Below, piece after piece: positions 44,356 through 53,657 of a DNA stretch of 64,000 nucleotides (position 1 is its first letter; each line of letters starts with the position of its first letter). The stretch is from an uncultured Candidatus Rokubacteria bacterium (lineage in GTDB: Bacteria > Methylomirabilota > Methylomirabilia > Rokubacteriales > CSP1-6): assembly GCA_963758635.1 (NCBI GenBank), contig CAVWWD010000006.1:192001-256000 (forward strand). Direction: 5' to 3'. Position numbers and translations under genes: made by a program. The notes under the pieces were generated by a model. That model did no database searches. It saw only the letters and a list, made by a program, of their open reading frames with translations, and was not told where the DNA came from.

Positions 44356-44736
44356 TCAAGCGACGTCGAAGGTGAGCTCCGGGCCTCGAAAGGTGGCAAT
44401 GTAGTCGTTCAGCACGTCACGCCCGATCAACGCCACAGGGTACCTGGTTCCGGCAACCGGGAATGCGACGATCGGAGGAATCGGCACGTCCTGAAACTCC
44501 ACATCCGCCAGAAACAGCCGTCCGTCTTCCTCACCGCCACTGGCGTCACGGACCACGATATCGTCGCTGAGTTCCTGCAGGCCCAGAGCCTCGGCGGCGT
44601 GTATCGGTATCGTGGTCTGGTCGGAACCCGTGTCAAGCAGTCCGAGAAGGTCTCTGTGATCGTCGCCGTTCTTGACTCGCAACCTGACGTATGGGCCCGG
44701 GAGGAAATCATCCAGGGGCGAACTATAGGCGGGCAC
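44356..44736 (-). CDS. Retropepsin-like (clan AA) aspartyl protease
   Basis: GLLDTGSDQTTIP and ALIGRDVL; lower GC. Confidence 0.8.
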   Translation of the reverse strand: MPAYSSPLDDFLPGPYVRLRVKNGDDHRDLLGLLDTGSDQTTIPIHAAEALGLQELSDDIVVRDASGGEEDGRLFLADVEFQDVPIPPIVAFPVAGTRYPVALIGRDVLNDYIATFRGPELTFDVA

Positions 44737-44747
44737 CTCCGGATTCT

Positions 44748-45017
44748 CTAGCCGGACCGTCGACGAATGGAGGGCGTCGGCACCCGTACGACGGGCTTTG
44801 GACCCAAGAAGCCGATATACACCGCCGTCCCGCGTGCGTTCTGCGTGAAGAATCGACGAACCAGCTCGTTGCGGGAGGCATCGAAGCCCCAAGGCTGACC
44901 GCGATGAATCGCGACGAACTGCCCTCCGTGGCTCCTGGCCAACGCAGGAAGCAACCGACGAAAGGCCGCTCTCTCGGCCGCATAGTCGTCCGAGTACGCA
45001 TCTATCGGCTCAGGCAT
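44748..45017 (-). CDS. DUF5678-like small protein
   Basis: ERAAFRRLLPAL..GGQFVAIHRGQ..; upstream of the aspartyl protease. Confidence 0.6.
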   Translation of the reverse strand: MPEPIDAYSDDYAAERAAFRRLLPALARSHGGQFVAIHRGQPWGFDASRNELVRRFFTQNARGTAVYIGFLGPKPVVRVPTPSIRRRSG

Positions 45018-45141
45018 GTCGCTGGTCCTCCCGGGATTCGGTACGGTAGCACGAAACGCCTACTCGCCCGGCAAGGAGGCGCCGGGGCTACCGGGAGAGG
45101 ACCTCGGGGCCTATACTGATGCCCCACAGGAGGGCACCGAC

Positions 45142-45546
45142 ATGGGCGAGATCACCGTGGTTCGTCTCGCGGAGACCGAGGTCGTGAAGTTCGGCCCCGA
45201 CTCGACCTACCAGCCGATCATCGGGAACGAGGAGGGCACGACGCCGGTGCGCACGGGCATCCAGACGTGCGAGCCGGGCTATGCCGCGCCGATGCACTCG
45301 CATCCGTACGTCGAGATCCTGCACATCCTCGAGGGCACGGCCGAGGCCTGGGTCGAGGGCCAGGAAGACCGGCCGATCCGGCTCGAGAAGGGCGACACGA
45401 TCGCGGTGCCGCCCGAGACCCCGCACGCGTTCCGCGTGGTGGGCGACCGGACGATGCGGCTCCTCGGCACCCACGCCTCGCCGCGCCGGATCGTCAACTA
45501 CCGGGACGGCGGCGCCACCGACGCGAGGGGCTACCGCTACCGATGA
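45142..45546 (+). CDS. Cupin-domain protein
   Basis: [30 protein letters not shown]. Confidence 0.85.
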   Translation: MGEITVVRLAETEVVKFGPDSTYQPIIGNEEGTTPVRTGIQTCEPGYAAPMHSHPYVEILHILEGTAEAWVEGQEDRPIRLEKGDTIAVPPETPHAFRVVGDRTMRLLGTHASPRRIVNYRDGGATDARGYRYR

Positions 45547-47246
45547 CGTCGACGCCGGCCCCGGAGCCGACCAGCAACTTCATCCGCGCCCTCGTCGAGG
45601 AGGACATGCGGACGAACCGCTGGGAGGGGCGTGTCGTCACGCGCTTTCCGCCCGAGCCCAACGGGTACCTGCACATCGGCCACGCCAAATCCATCTGCAT
45701 CAACTTCGGCCTCGCCCAGCAACACGGCGGCCGCTGCCACCTGCGGTTCGACGACACCAACCCCACCAAGGAGAGCCAGGAGTACGTGGACGCCATCCGG
45801 CGCGACGTGCGCTGGCTGGGCTTCGACTGGGGAACGCACGAGTACTACGCCTCCGACTACTTCGAGCAGCTCCACGACTGGGCCGTCGTCCTCATCGAGA
45901 GGGGCCTCGCGTACGTGGACGACCTGTCCGCGGAGGAGATCCGGCGTCACCGCGGGACGCTGACCGAGCCCGGGCGCGAGAGCCCGTACCGGAACCGCTC
46001 GGCGGCCGAGAACCTGGACCTGTTCCGCCGGATGCGCGCCGGCGAGTTCGAGGAGGGCAGCCGCGTCCTTCGGGCCAAGATCGACATGGCGTCGCCGAAC
46101 CTGAACCTGCGCGATCCCACCATGTACCGGATCCGCAAGGCCACCCATCACCGCACGGGCGATCGCTGGTGCATCTACCCGATGTACGACTTCGCCCACG
46201 GGCAGTCGGACTCCCTCGAGCGCATCACCCACTCGATCTGCACGCTCGAGTACGAGGACCACCGGCCGCTCTACGACTGGTTCTGCGAGACGCTCGGCAT
46301 CTACCATCCGCAGCAGATCGAGTTCGCGCGGCTGAACCTGTCCCACACCGTGATGAGCAAGCGGCGCCTCCTCCAGCTGGTGGAGGACGGCCACGTGGCG
46401 GGCTGGGACGATCCGCGCATGCCCACCATCGCCGGGCTCCGCCGCCGCGGCTACACGCCCGAGTCGATCCGCGACTTCTCCGAGCGCGTCGGCGTGGCCA
46501 GGCGCGCCGCCCTGAGCGACGTGGCGCTCCTCGAGCACTGCCTGCGCGAGGACCTGAACCGCCGGGCCGCGCGCGTGATGGCGGTGCTGCGGCCGCTGCG
46601 CGTCGTCATCGAGAACTACCCGGAAGGACACGTGGAGGAGCTGGAGGCGGTCAACAACCCGGAAGACGCCTCGATGGGCACGCGGCGGATCCCGTTCTCA
46701 CGCGTGATCTACATCGAGCGGGACGACTTTCGCGAGGACCCGCCGAAGAAGTACTTCCGCCTGTCGATCGGCGCGGAGGTGCGCCTGCGCTACGGCTACT
46801 TCATCCAGTGCACGGACATGAGGAAGGACCCGCGCACGGGCGAGGTGGTGGAGCTGCGCGCCACCTACGACCCCGCCACGCGCGGCGGGAACGCGCCCGA
46901 CGGCCGCCGCGTCCGCGGCACCATCCACTGGGTGTCCGCGGCCCACGCGATCCCCGCCGAGGTGCGCCTCTACGACCACCTCTTCGCGCGGCCGGTGCCG
47001 GGCGGCGACAGCGACGAGGGCGACTGGAAGGCGGACATCAATCCCGCCTCGCTCGAGCGGCTCGAGGGCTGCCAGGTGGAGCCGTCACTGGCCGCGGCCT
47101 CGCCGGAGAGCCGCTACCAGTTCGAGCGCACCGGCTACTTCTGCCTCGATCCGGACTCCACTCCGGGCACGCTGGTCTTCAACCGCTCGGTGACGCTCCG
47201 GGATACCTGGGCCAGGATCGAGCAAGCGGACCGGAGCGCGTCCTAG
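45543..47246 (+). CDS. glnS: Glutamine--tRNA ligase
   Basis: [40 protein letters not shown]. Confidence 0.96.
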   Translation: MTSTPAPEPTSNFIRALVEEDMRTNRWEGRVVTRFPPEPNGYLHIGHAKSICINFGLAQQHGGRCHLRFDDTNPTKESQEYVDAIRRDVRWLGFDWGTHEYYASDYFEQLHDWAVVLIERGLAYVDDLSAEEIRRHRGTLTEPGRESPYRNRSAAENLDLFRRMRAGEFEEGSRVLRAKIDMASPNLNLRDPTMYRIRKATHHRTGDRWCIYPMYDFAHGQSDSLERITHSICTLEYEDHRPLYDWFCETLGIYHPQQIEFARLNLSHTVMSKRRLLQLVEDGHVAGWDDPRMPTIAGLRRRGYTPESIRDFSERVGVARRAALSDVALLEHCLREDLNRRAARVMAVLRPLRVVIENYPEGHVEELEAVNNPEDASMGTRRIPFSRVIYIERDDFREDPPKKYFRLSIGAEVRLRYGYFIQCTDMRKDPRTGEVVELRATYDPATRGGNAPDGRRVRGTIHWVSAAHAIPAEVRLYDHLFARPVPGGDSDEGDWKADINPASLERLEGCQVEPSLAAASPESRYQFERTGYFCLDPDSTPGTLVFNRSVTLRDTWARIEQADRSAS

Positions 47247-47349
47247 CGTTCGCCGCGGCGGAGCGGCGGACGAAGCCGCAGTGACGGGCCAGGAGGGCCC
47301 CGCGTAACCGTCGCAAGATACGCCACCCCCGAGATCGAAGGAGACCATC

Positions 47350-48117
47350 ATGTGCGTCGACAATGACTCCCGTCCCCCCATTCGCCCCATCGCGGGCGGC
47401 TCGGCCGATGCCCGCGACCTCTACCTGACCTCGTCCGACGGCACGAAGTTCATGGCCCACGCCGCGCGCGCGGCCTCGCCCACCGGGGCGGGCATGGTAG
47501 TGATTCCCGACGTGCGCGGCCTGCACCCGTACTACAAGGAGCTGGCCGATCGCTTCTCGGAGGTGGGCGTGGACGCGGTGGCCATCGACTTCTTCGCGCG
47601 CACCGCGCCGTCCGAGGACCGGAGCGACAAGTTCGACTTCATGAGCCAGGTGCCGCTGACGAAGCCGGACCAGCTCCAGGCCGACATCGCCGCCGCGGTG
47701 GCGCACCTCAAGAGCCCGGCGGGCGGCGGGGCGCGGCAGATCTTCTCGGTCGGCTTCTGCTTCGGCGGCGCGCTCTCGTATCTCCAGGCCGCGAGCGGCC
47801 TCGGCTACGCGGGCGTCATCGGCTTCTACGGCTGGCCGCTCGGCCTCAAGCGCTGGCCGGACCGGCCCCGGCCCATCGACGCCGCGTCGCGCTACGCGTG
47901 CCCCGTCCTGTCCCTGTTCGGCGGCGCCGACGAGGGCATCCCGCAGCAGGACGTCGACGAGTTCGACGCCGCCCTCAAGAAGGCCAACGTGAAGCACCGG
48001 GCCACGGTCTACCCCGGCGCCCCGCACAGCTTCTTCGACCGCAAGTTCACCGAGTTCGCCGACGCCTCCGCCGACGCCTGGCGCCGCGTCCAGGACTTCG
48101 TGAAGTCCCCCGCCTGA
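47350..48117 (+). CDS. Dienelactone hydrolase family protein
   Basis: PDVRGLHPYY, GFCFGG, YPGAPHSFFD. Confidence 0.9.
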   Translation: MCVDNDSRPPIRPIAGGSADARDLYLTSSDGTKFMAHAARAASPTGAGMVVIPDVRGLHPYYKELADRFSEVGVDAVAIDFFARTAPSEDRSDKFDFMSQVPLTKPDQLQADIAAAVAHLKSPAGGGARQIFSVGFCFGGALSYLQAASGLGYAGVIGFYGWPLGLKRWPDRPRPIDAASRYACPVLSLFGGADEGIPQQDVDEFDAALKKANVKHRATVYPGAPHSFFDRKFTEFADASADAWRRVQDFVKSPA

Positions 48118-48141
48118 CCGCCGCGCGCAACATCGCGCAAC

Positions 48142-48195
48142 ATCGGGGTCAGGCACTCGCGCGAACGCAACGCAACGCAAGTGCCTGACCCCGAT
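48142..48195. repeat. 16-bp perfect inverted repeat (REP-like doublet) between convergent genes
   Basis: ATCGGGGTCAGGCACT ... AGTGCCTGACCCCGAT. Confidence 0.7.
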
Positions 48196-49065
48196 TCAGG
48201 GGCGGACGCGGGGGAAGAGGAGACCGGCGCGGCTGACGGTGACGAGGAGGACGCCGGCGAGGGTGGCGAGCCCGCCGGCGATCTCCGCCAGCGCCGGGCG
48301 GCTGCCGAAGAGGAAGATCGACCAGAGCCAGGTCACCACGGGCGTCAGGGTCAGGAGGATCGTGAGGAAGCTCATGTCCATCCGGCGCAGCGCCAGGTAG
48401 TAGACGGCGCGGCTGAACACCACGTTCACCGCCGCCGCCACGAAGAGCCACGCCCAGGCCACGGGCGTGGGCCACACCAGCGCGCCCTGGGCGGAGGCGA
48501 GCAGCACGAGCACCGCGCCCACCGAGGCCACGCGGAACAGCATGAACTCGCCGAACGGAATCTCCCCGCCGAAGCGCTTCACCAGGGCGGAGTGGATCGC
48601 GTAGAGGGCCGTCGACACGATGATGATCAGCGATCCCCACCGGAAGTAGTCGCCGGGCTGGAAGCTGATCACGACCACGCCGCCGGCGGCCACCGCCGTG
48701 CCGATGGCGTCCATCCGCGAGAAGCGCTCGCCCAGCCACAGCACGCCCAGCCCCACGCCGAACAGGATGGACGTGCGCGACAGGAGCGACGCCGTGCCCG
48801 GGTCCACGTACTGCACGGCCACGAAGCCCATGTTGGTGTTCACGCCGACCAGGAGGCCCACGGCGAGGAACAGCCAGCGATGGCGCCACAGCACCGACCA
48901 GTCGATGCGCCCGCGCAGCACCACCGCGATCTGGAGCGCGCCGATCAGGAGCATGTACATGGCGCCCGCCGCCGGCGGCAGGAGCGGCAGCAGCAGGCGC
49001 GCGAAGATGTAGTAGAGGCTGTCGACGAGCAGCAGCCCGGCGACGAGCACGCGCGGGTCGGTCAC
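48196..49065 (-). CDS. DMT/EamA family transporter
   Basis: About 10 hydrophobic segments in two EamA-like halves (LGVLWLGERF). Confidence 0.8.
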   Translation of the reverse strand: MTDPRVLVAGLLLVDSLYYIFARLLLPLLPPAAGAMYMLLIGALQIAVVLRGRIDWSVLWRHRWLFLAVGLLVGVNTNMGFVAVQYVDPGTASLLSRTSILFGVGLGVLWLGERFSRMDAIGTAVAAGGVVVISFQPGDYFRWGSLIIIVSTALYAIHSALVKRFGGEIPFGEFMLFRVASVGAVLVLLASAQGALVWPTPVAWAWLFVAAAVNVVFSRAVYYLALRRMDMSFLTILLTLTPVVTWLWSIFLFGSRPALAEIAGGLATLAGVLLVTVSRAGLLFPRVRP

Positions 49066-49109
49066 GGAGGGAACAGGCGACGGTTACGGGGCGGGCGCCG
49101 CGGGCGGCC

Positions 49110-49715
49110 TCACGCCGCGCCCGCGGTCGGATCGGCGAGGCCGTCGAGGTGCGTGCCGCAGTTGAGCAGGCGCACGCGCCACGGCGTCGCGCCGTCGATG
49201 ATGGTGAGCGAGGTGTTCTCCCACCGCTCCGGCGCCGCCTCGCCCGCGGGCAGCGCGAGGTGCCGCTCGGCGAGCGATCGGCACACGAGCCCGTGCGTCA
49301 CCACGGCGAGGTTCCCGGCGGTGGCGCCCGCCGCGCGCCGTACCAGCTCCCACGCGCGGTCCACCCGGGCATGGAACACCTCCCAGCTCTCGCCGTTGGG
49401 CGGCGCGTAGGCCGGCGCGAACATGTCGAAGTCGAGCTCTGCGTAGGGCGTGCCGCGGATGTCGCCGAAGTTCCGCTCCTGCAGGAGAGGGTCGAACCGG
49501 AGCGGCGCCCCGGTGGCCGCGCGGACCGCTTCCGCCGTCGCCACCGCGCGCGCGAGGTCGCTGGCGAGGATGGCCGCGACGCCCTCGGCGGCGAGCCGCG
49601 CGGCCAGACGCTCGGCCTGGGCGATGCCGCGCGACGACAGCGGATTGTCCGGACGCTGGACCACGCGAGCCGCGTTGCCCAGCGTCTCGCCGTGACGGAT
49701 GAGGAAGATGGCCAC
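49110..49715 (-). CDS. Histidine phosphatase family protein
   Basis: LIRHGET, SDLARA, ERNFG, VTHG. Confidence 0.9.
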   Translation of the reverse strand: MAIFLIRHGETLGNAARVVQRPDNPLSSRGIAQAERLAARLAAEGVAAILASDLARAVATAEAVRAATGAPLRFDPLLQERNFGDIRGTPYAELDFDMFAPAYAPPNGESWEVFHARVDRAWELVRRAAGATAGNLAVVTHGLVCRSLAERHLALPAGEAAPERWENTSLTIIDGATPWRVRLLNCGTHLDGLADPTAGAA

Positions 49716-49827
49716 GCGATCGCTCCGCGCGCCATCATAGCGCACGCGACGCCTTCGCTGACCCCGCGACCCGCCGGCGGACGCCGGGGCTCGTCGGGCC
49801 GCCGGCCATCGAGTAGCATAGGCGTCG

Positions 49828-50916
49828 ATGAACATCCGCGACGTGCAGGCCGACCACTACCTGATCCCGCTCCCCGTGCCGCTGTCCGACAGCACGCACG
49901 GGACCATCCGCGCGTTCGAGCTCATCACCGTCCGGATCCGCGACGCCGACGGCGCCGAGGGGCTCGGCTACACGTACACGGTGGGCACGGGCGGCGCCGC
50001 CGTGCACGCGATCCTCACGCGCGACCTCACGCCGCTCCTCGTCGGGCGCGACGCCGAGCGCATCGAGGAGATCTGGCACGCCATGTGGTGGGCGCTCCAC
50101 TACGGCGGCCGCGGCGGGTCCCAGGGCCTCGCGATCTCCGCCGTGGACATCGCGCTGTGGGACCTGCGCGCCCGGCGCCAGGAGGCGCCGCTCTGGCGCG
50201 TGCTCGGCGGCTTCGATCCGCGCGTACCGTGCTACGCCGGCGGCATCGACCTCGACTTCCCGCTGGACGCGCTCCTGCGCCAGACCGACGACAACCTGGC
50301 CCGCGGGTTCCGGGCCATCAAGATGAAGGTCGGCCGGCCGTCGCTCCGGCAGGACGTGGAGCGCGTGCGCGCGATGCGCGAGCACCTGGGCCCGGAGTTC
50401 CCGCTGATGGTGGACGCCAACATGCGCTGGAGCGTGGACGAGGCCATCCGGGCCGCGCGGGCGCTGGCCGACTCGGCGCCGGTCTGGCTGGAGGAGCCGA
50501 CGATCCCCGACGACGTGCCCGGCCACGCGCGCATCGTGCGCGAGGGCGGCCTGCCCATCGCCGCCGGCGAGAACCTCCACACGCTCTACGAGTTCCGGCA
50601 GCTCATCGCCGCGGGCGGCGTCACCTATCCCGAGCCCGACGTGACCAACTGCGGCGGCGTCACCGCGTTCGTGAAGGTCTGCCACCTCGCCGAGGCGTTC
50701 AACCTGCCCGTGACGTCGCACGGCGCCCACGACGTGACCGTGCACCTGCTGGCCGCCGTGCCGAACCGCTCGTACCTGGAGGCCCACGGCTTCGGGCTCG
50801 ACCGCTTCCTGGCCGAGCCGCTGCGCCTGGAGGACGGCTTCGCCGTGGCCCCCGATCGGCCTGGCCACGGCGTGGATCTGGACTGGAAGGCCCTCGACAC
50901 CGTCCGGGCTCGCTGA
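49828..50916 (+). CDS. Mandelate racemase/muconate lactonizing enzyme family protein
   Basis: SAVDIALWD, KMKVG, MVDAN, WLEEP, AGEN. Confidence 0.9.
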   Translation: MNIRDVQADHYLIPLPVPLSDSTHGTIRAFELITVRIRDADGAEGLGYTYTVGTGGAAVHAILTRDLTPLLVGRDAERIEEIWHAMWWALHYGGRGGSQGLAISAVDIALWDLRARRQEAPLWRVLGGFDPRVPCYAGGIDLDFPLDALLRQTDDNLARGFRAIKMKVGRPSLRQDVERVRAMREHLGPEFPLMVDANMRWSVDEAIRAARALADSAPVWLEEPTIPDDVPGHARIVREGGLPIAAGENLHTLYEFRQLIAAGGVTYPEPDVTNCGGVTAFVKVCHLAEAFNLPVTSHGAHDVTVHLLAAVPNRSYLEAHGFGLDRFLAEPLRLEDGFAVAPDRPGHGVDLDWKALDTVRAR

Positions 50917-50952
50917 TCGCGGCGGCACGCCCGCACGCCAAGGAGATCACCG

Positions 50953-51378
50953 ATGCCGAAGATCAAGCACATCGCGCTCTCGACCCAGGACGTGGAGGCC
51001 ACGGCGAAGTTCTACGTCGAGACGTTCGGCATGAAGGAGGTCGGCAAGGTCAACGACCCCGGCACGCGCGGCGTCTTCCTCACCGACGGCGACATCAACC
51101 TCGCGATCCTCCACTTCAAGACCGACGAGGCCGCCGGCGTGGAGCGGGGCCGCGCCTTCTCCGGCATCCACCACATCGGCTTCCAGGTGGACAGCCTCGA
51201 GGCCATCGCGGACCGGCTCACCGCGGCGGGATCGCGCCGCCGCCACGACGTGGAGGCGGCGCTCGGCGTCGGCGCCAGCACCACCGGCAACGTCGAGGTG
51301 AAGTGGACCGGCCCCGACGGCGTCATGCTGGACGTGTCGAAGACCGGCTGGCTCGGCACCCCGACCTTCGGGCACTGA
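50953..51378 (+). CDS. VOC/glyoxalase family protein
   Basis: IKHIAL, LTDGDINLAIL, HHIGFQV, GPDGV. Confidence 0.85.
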   Translation: MPKIKHIALSTQDVEATAKFYVETFGMKEVGKVNDPGTRGVFLTDGDINLAILHFKTDEAAGVERGRAFSGIHHIGFQVDSLEAIADRLTAAGSRRRHDVEAALGVGASTTGNVEVKWTGPDGVMLDVSKTGWLGTPTFGH

Positions 51379-51395
51379 CCCGCCGAGGTGGCGTC

Positions 51396-51879
51396 TTGCC
51401 GCCCGAGGGCACGGAACGCGTCGATCTCCGGGCGGCGACCATCGAAGACGCCGACGCCGTGGCCGACGTGTATCTCCGATCCCGGAAGGAGCTCGTGGCG
51501 TGCGCGCCCCTGGCTCACTCCGACAATGACGTTCGCGACTGGATCCGCCGGCGCCTGCTTCCGGCGGGGCGCACCACGGTGGCGGTCGCCGACGGTTCGG
51601 TGGTCGGGATGCTGGCCGTCTCGAGCGGCACGGACTGCCGCTGGATCGACCAGCTCTACCTGCTGCCCGAGTGGGTCGACGGCGGCATCGGCAGCCGGCT
51701 GCTGGACCTCGCCCTTGCGCGAGCTCCCGCCGCCCGTTCGCCTCTACACGTTCCAGTGCAACGAGCGGGCTCGCCGCTTCTATGAGCGCCGTGGATTCGA
51801 GGCGATCGCCTTCGGAGACGGCTCCGGCAACGAGGAGAGGTGCCCGGACATCCTCTACGAGTGGCGGCCGGGACGGTGA
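51396..51879 (+). CDS. GNAT acetyltransferase (frameshift near 51710)
   Basis: WIDQLYLLP..GIGSRLL / LYTFQCNERARRFYERRGF..NEERCPDILYEW. Confidence 0.8.
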
Positions 51880-51930
51880 CGGCGTGGCCCCTCAGAGCAG
51901 GGTGTTCCGCGCCGCGACGGAAGAGGACTG

Positions 51931-52203
51931 ATGGACCTGAGATCGTTCGCCACTGTGTTCGGCATCGTGTTCCTGGCCGAGCTCGGAGACAAGACCCAGC
52001 TCGCGACCATGCTCTTCGCCTCGCGCGAGCGCGCCAGCTTGCTCATGGTCTTCGCGGCGGCGTCCGCGGCGCTCGTCGCCGCGACGGCCATCGGCGTGCT
52101 CGCGGGCGCGGCGATCTCGAGCCGCGTCGAGCCGAGATACCTCAGCTACGCCGCCGGCGTCGGCTTCATCCTCATCGGGGCGTGGACGATCTGGCGAGCC
52201 TGA
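51931..52203 (+). CDS. TMEM165/GDT1 (UPF0016) half-transporter
   Basis: FLAELGDKTQLAT motif. Confidence 0.9.
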   Translation: MDLRSFATVFGIVFLAELGDKTQLATMLFASRERASLLMVFAAASAALVAATAIGVLAGAAISSRVEPRYLSYAAGVGFILIGAWTIWRA

Positions 52204-52479
52204 GACCGCCGCCGGCTCCTGCCGCTCTGGCCAGGTTGCGCCGGCTCGCGGCCGGCACACGTCAACTTCGCTTGACGGACTTTCGGCCAGCCGTTCTCGC
52301 GCATTGCCGGCATCTCGCGAATACCTCGCCAGCGTGCAGCGCTGGCTCTTGCTTGCGTCGCTGGCCGACGTTCCAGCGAAAATCATTCGCGGCCCGGTGC
52401 GGTACCTCGTGACTGCTTCGGGGAGCCAAAAATCCAGGGTGTAGAGTCGCTCCAGAGATTCACGCGGAGGGACTCGGCC

Positions 52480-53524
52480 ATGCAGACCGCGCTCCGATCG
52501 GCCGCACTTCATTCCTACTCACGAGAACGTCGCCGCGCTCGATCGGCGTCGGTGACGAGATCGCCGAGCTCGCCGGCGCACCTCGAGGCCGCCACCGCCC
52601 GGCTCCTCGAGCTGATCCGCGAGTTCGACGCCCGCGGCGGCTGGAACACCGGCTTCAAGTCCTGCGCCGAGTGGCTCTCCTGGCGCATCGGCCTCGAGCC
52701 CGGCGCCGCCCGCGAGCACGTCCGCGTGGCCCGCGCCCTCGGCTCCCTCCCGCTCCTGTCCCAGGCCCTCGCCCGCGGCGAGCTCTCCTACTCCAAGGTG
52801 CGCGCCCTTACACGGGTCGCCACGCCCGGAGACCGAAGAGCGCCTCTATCGGGTGGGCCGCGCCGGGACCGCCGAGCACGTCGAGCGCATCGTGCGCGGC
52901 TGGCGGCGCATCGACCAGCACGTCGAGGCCCAGGAAGCCCGGCACCGGCACCGCAGCCGGTCCCTCTACCTCTTCCCCGCGGACGACGGCATGCTCATCC
53001 TCAAGGGCCGGCTCGAGCCCGAGGTCGGCGCCCTTCTCATCCAGGCGCTGGACGCCGCCCGGGAGACCCTCTACCAGCGGCGGCGGGCGGCGACACCCGC
53101 CGTGGGTTTCATGAACGAGACCGTGGAGGCCCCGTCCATGGAGCAGCAGCAGGCCGATGCGCTCGGCCTCCTCGCCGAGGTCGCCCTCCACCAGGGCCTC
53201 GATCCCGGCGCGCCGGCGGAGCGCTACCAGGTCGTCGTCCACGTCGATGCGCCGGTGCTGGCCGATGCCAGCCAGCCCGGGCAGTCCGTCCTCGAGGAAG
53301 GCGGCCAGCACGTTCCCGCGGGAACGTCACAGCGCCTGGCCTGCGACGCCACCCGCGTGGTCATGCGGCACGACGCCGACGGGCGCGTCACCGAGGTCGG
53401 GGCCCGGACGCGGACGATCCCGCCCGCCCTCCGGCGCGCTCTCCAGCAGCGGGACCACGGCTGCCGCTCTCGCTTCGGGCTCCGGCCGCCGATCCCGTGG
53501 CCCAGGGACGGCACCAGCGTCTGA
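52480..53524 (+). pseudogene. DUF222 (HNH-associated) protein truncated before the HNH domain
   Basis: REFDARGGW..SCAEWLSWR..GELSYSKVRALTR; RLACDA; RTRTIPPALRRALQQRDHGCR, then similarity ends. Confidence 0.7.
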
Positions 53525-53657
53525 AGCGCCATGCGCGGCCGAGCGTGCACTGGCAGCCACCTACTCGCGCGCCCGACTATGTGCGCGACGATTCAAATGC
53601 CGCGTGCTACTTGAGCTCGAAACGCCGCCGCGCGTGATCGACTGAGGCGTCGTCGTC

